64,000 nt of DNA, from contig CAVYJM010000006.1 in assembly GCA_963768855.1 (NCBI GenBank), forward strand, positions 896,001 through 960,000. The letters run 5' to 3'. Shown here in pieces: positions 62,927 through 64,000 of this stretch. The position numbers and the translations under genes were made by a program. Below the pieces are notes generated by a model. The model made no database searches, was not told the origin of the DNA, and saw nothing but the letters and a program-made list of their open reading frames with translations. Source of the stretch: an uncultured Thermoplasmata archaeon (lineage in GTDB: Archaea > Thermoplasmatota > Thermoplasmata > RBG-16-68-12). Position 1 is the first letter of the stretch. Every line of letters begins with the position of its first letter.

Positions 62927-64000
62927 TGGGCCACCTCCTCTCCGGCGGGCTCCGGGGTCGGCTGCTTCGCGGGAACCTCCTCGGACACCTCCCAGATGCT
63001 GACCAGGGGGAACACCTTCGAGAACAGCGCGTACAGGAGGACGAACCCGGCGATTGCGCCAGCGGTGATGGACCACTCGACCCACGTCGGGCTGTACGTG
63101 CCCCAGGCGACAGGCATCTGCGGCGTCGCCATGGCAGGCACGACGATCAGGAGGCGCTCGAACCACATCCCGACGTTGACGCAGACCGCCGCGACGACGA
63201 GCCAGGCGATGCTCTTCACGCGGGTGAAGGCGAGGATGAAGACGGGCACGAGGAACCCGCCGACGACCATGCCCCAGAACATGTAGGCATAGGGGCCGAA
63301 GGCGAGGGACGCGAGCCAGGCGTTGTCCGAGCTCTCGGACCCGTACGCCGCGGTCAGGTACTCACTCAGGGTGAAGTAGATCAGGATCAGCTCGAGGGCG
63401 AGCATCATCAGGCCCAGGTTCCGGAAGTGCAGCGGCTTGATCCAGCGCTCGAGGTGGTACGCCTTCCGGAACACGGCCATCGCGAGGATGATCGTCGCGA
63501 TTCCGGACAGGATCGCACCCACGACGAAGTATGGGCCGAAGATCGTGCTGTGCCAGCCCACGCGGAGGGTCATCCCGAAGATCCACGAGACGACCGTGTG
63601 GACGCTGACCGCAATCGGGATGATGAGGATCGCCATGATCGCGATCCCGCGCTTTAGCCGCCGGCGCTGGCCCGGGCTGCTGCGCCACTTCATCGCCAGG
63701 AAGCCGTACAGGCGGCGCTGAAGGCGGTTGCCGACCTGCTTCTCCTTCAGGGCGGCGAGGTCCGGGATCAGCGGGAGGTAGAGGTAGAGGAGGCTGCCCG
63801 TGAGATACGTGGCGATCGACATCAGGTCCCAGAGGATCGGGGACTGGATCCTCCCGTAGAGGAGCAGGTTCGCGATCCGGTCGGGACCGCCGAGGTCGAT
63901 GAGCGGGAACAGGGCGCCGATCGAGATCGCGATGACCGTGATGGACTCCGCCATCCGGGTGATCGGCTTGCGCCATTCCGCCCCGCTGACCCGCAGGATG
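62923..64000 (-). CDS. NrfD/PsrC family quinol-site membrane subunit (ActC/QrcD-like), 5' end outside the window
   Basis: SPILWDL...LIPDLA, VSVHTVVSW, GWHSTIFGPYFVVGAILSG, GMWFER. Confidence 0.92.
   Translation of the reverse strand, partial: ILRVSGAEWRKPITRMAESITVIAISIGALFPLIDLGGPDRIANLLLYGRIQSPILWDLMSIATYLTGSLLYLYLPLIPDLAALKEKQVGNRLQRRLYGFLAMKWRSSPGQRRRLKRGIAIMAILIIPIAVSVHTVVSWIFGMTLRVGWHSTIFGPYFVVGAILSGIATIILAMAVFRKAYHLERWIKPLHFRNLGLMMLALELILIYFTLSEYLTAAYGSESSDNAWLASLAFGPYAYMFWGMVVGGFLVPVFILAFTRVKSIAWLVVAAVCVNVGMWFERLLIVVPAMATPQMPVAWGTYSPTWVEWSITAGAIAGFVLLYALFSKVFPLVSIWEVSEEVPAKQPTPEPAGEEVAQ

Noticed and set aside
95-63976. Many long overlapping ORFs in the track (e.g. 522-2057+, 10410-12272+, 23450-26005+, 55426-58266-)
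   Set aside because: Antisense or off-frame shadows of real genes; Arg/Pro/Gly-rich, no motifs, expected at high GC
1-64000. CRISPR arrays, cas genes, integrases, transposases, rRNA
   Set aside because: No regularly spaced repeats or diagnostic motifs seen by eye

Overview
64 kb of a high-GC archaeal chromosome, most likely from Thermoplasmatota. Evidence: archaeal rpoN, eL18, eL37, LSm, MptA, geranylgeranyl reductase and archaeal-type PheRS/LeuRS/TrpRS; a soil/sediment lineage such as RBG-16-68-12 is a guess. Mostly housekeeping and metabolic genes; no integrase, transposase or CRISPR array was seen. Most long ORFs in the six-frame track are GC-rich shadow frames. Highlights: (1) three of the four tRNA genes carry introns at non-canonical positions, each with a hand-checked bulge-helix-bulge (BHB) or relaxed BHB fold: Leu(TAA) at T-loop 59/60, Pro(GGG) at D-loop 20/21, and Lys(CTT) with two introns (37/38 and 59/60). 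(2) A tightly coupled 10-gene operon (39.4-48.2 kb) with six KaiC/RAD55-like ATPase domains, two Roadblock/LC7 proteins, a degenerate-KaiC::MglA-like GTPase fusion, a Zn-ribbon-TPR-KaiC protein, a 7TM-DUF835-like sensor and a membrane-anchored ASCH-like protein. (3) A tandem ribbon-helix-helix (RHH, CdrS-like) regulator, a microprotein and a mini-FtsZ lacking the C-terminal domain. (4) A copper-based surface redox set (ActC/NrfD next to a CuA protein, a bi-cupredoxin, a non-canonical cupredoxin). (5) LeuRS with a polybasic N-terminal extension and an HMGF motif. Caveat: three single-base frameshifts (purF, 48.6 kb, 59.1 kb) and one ATC start codon suggest possible consensus errors. All family assignments are by motif recognition, not database searches.
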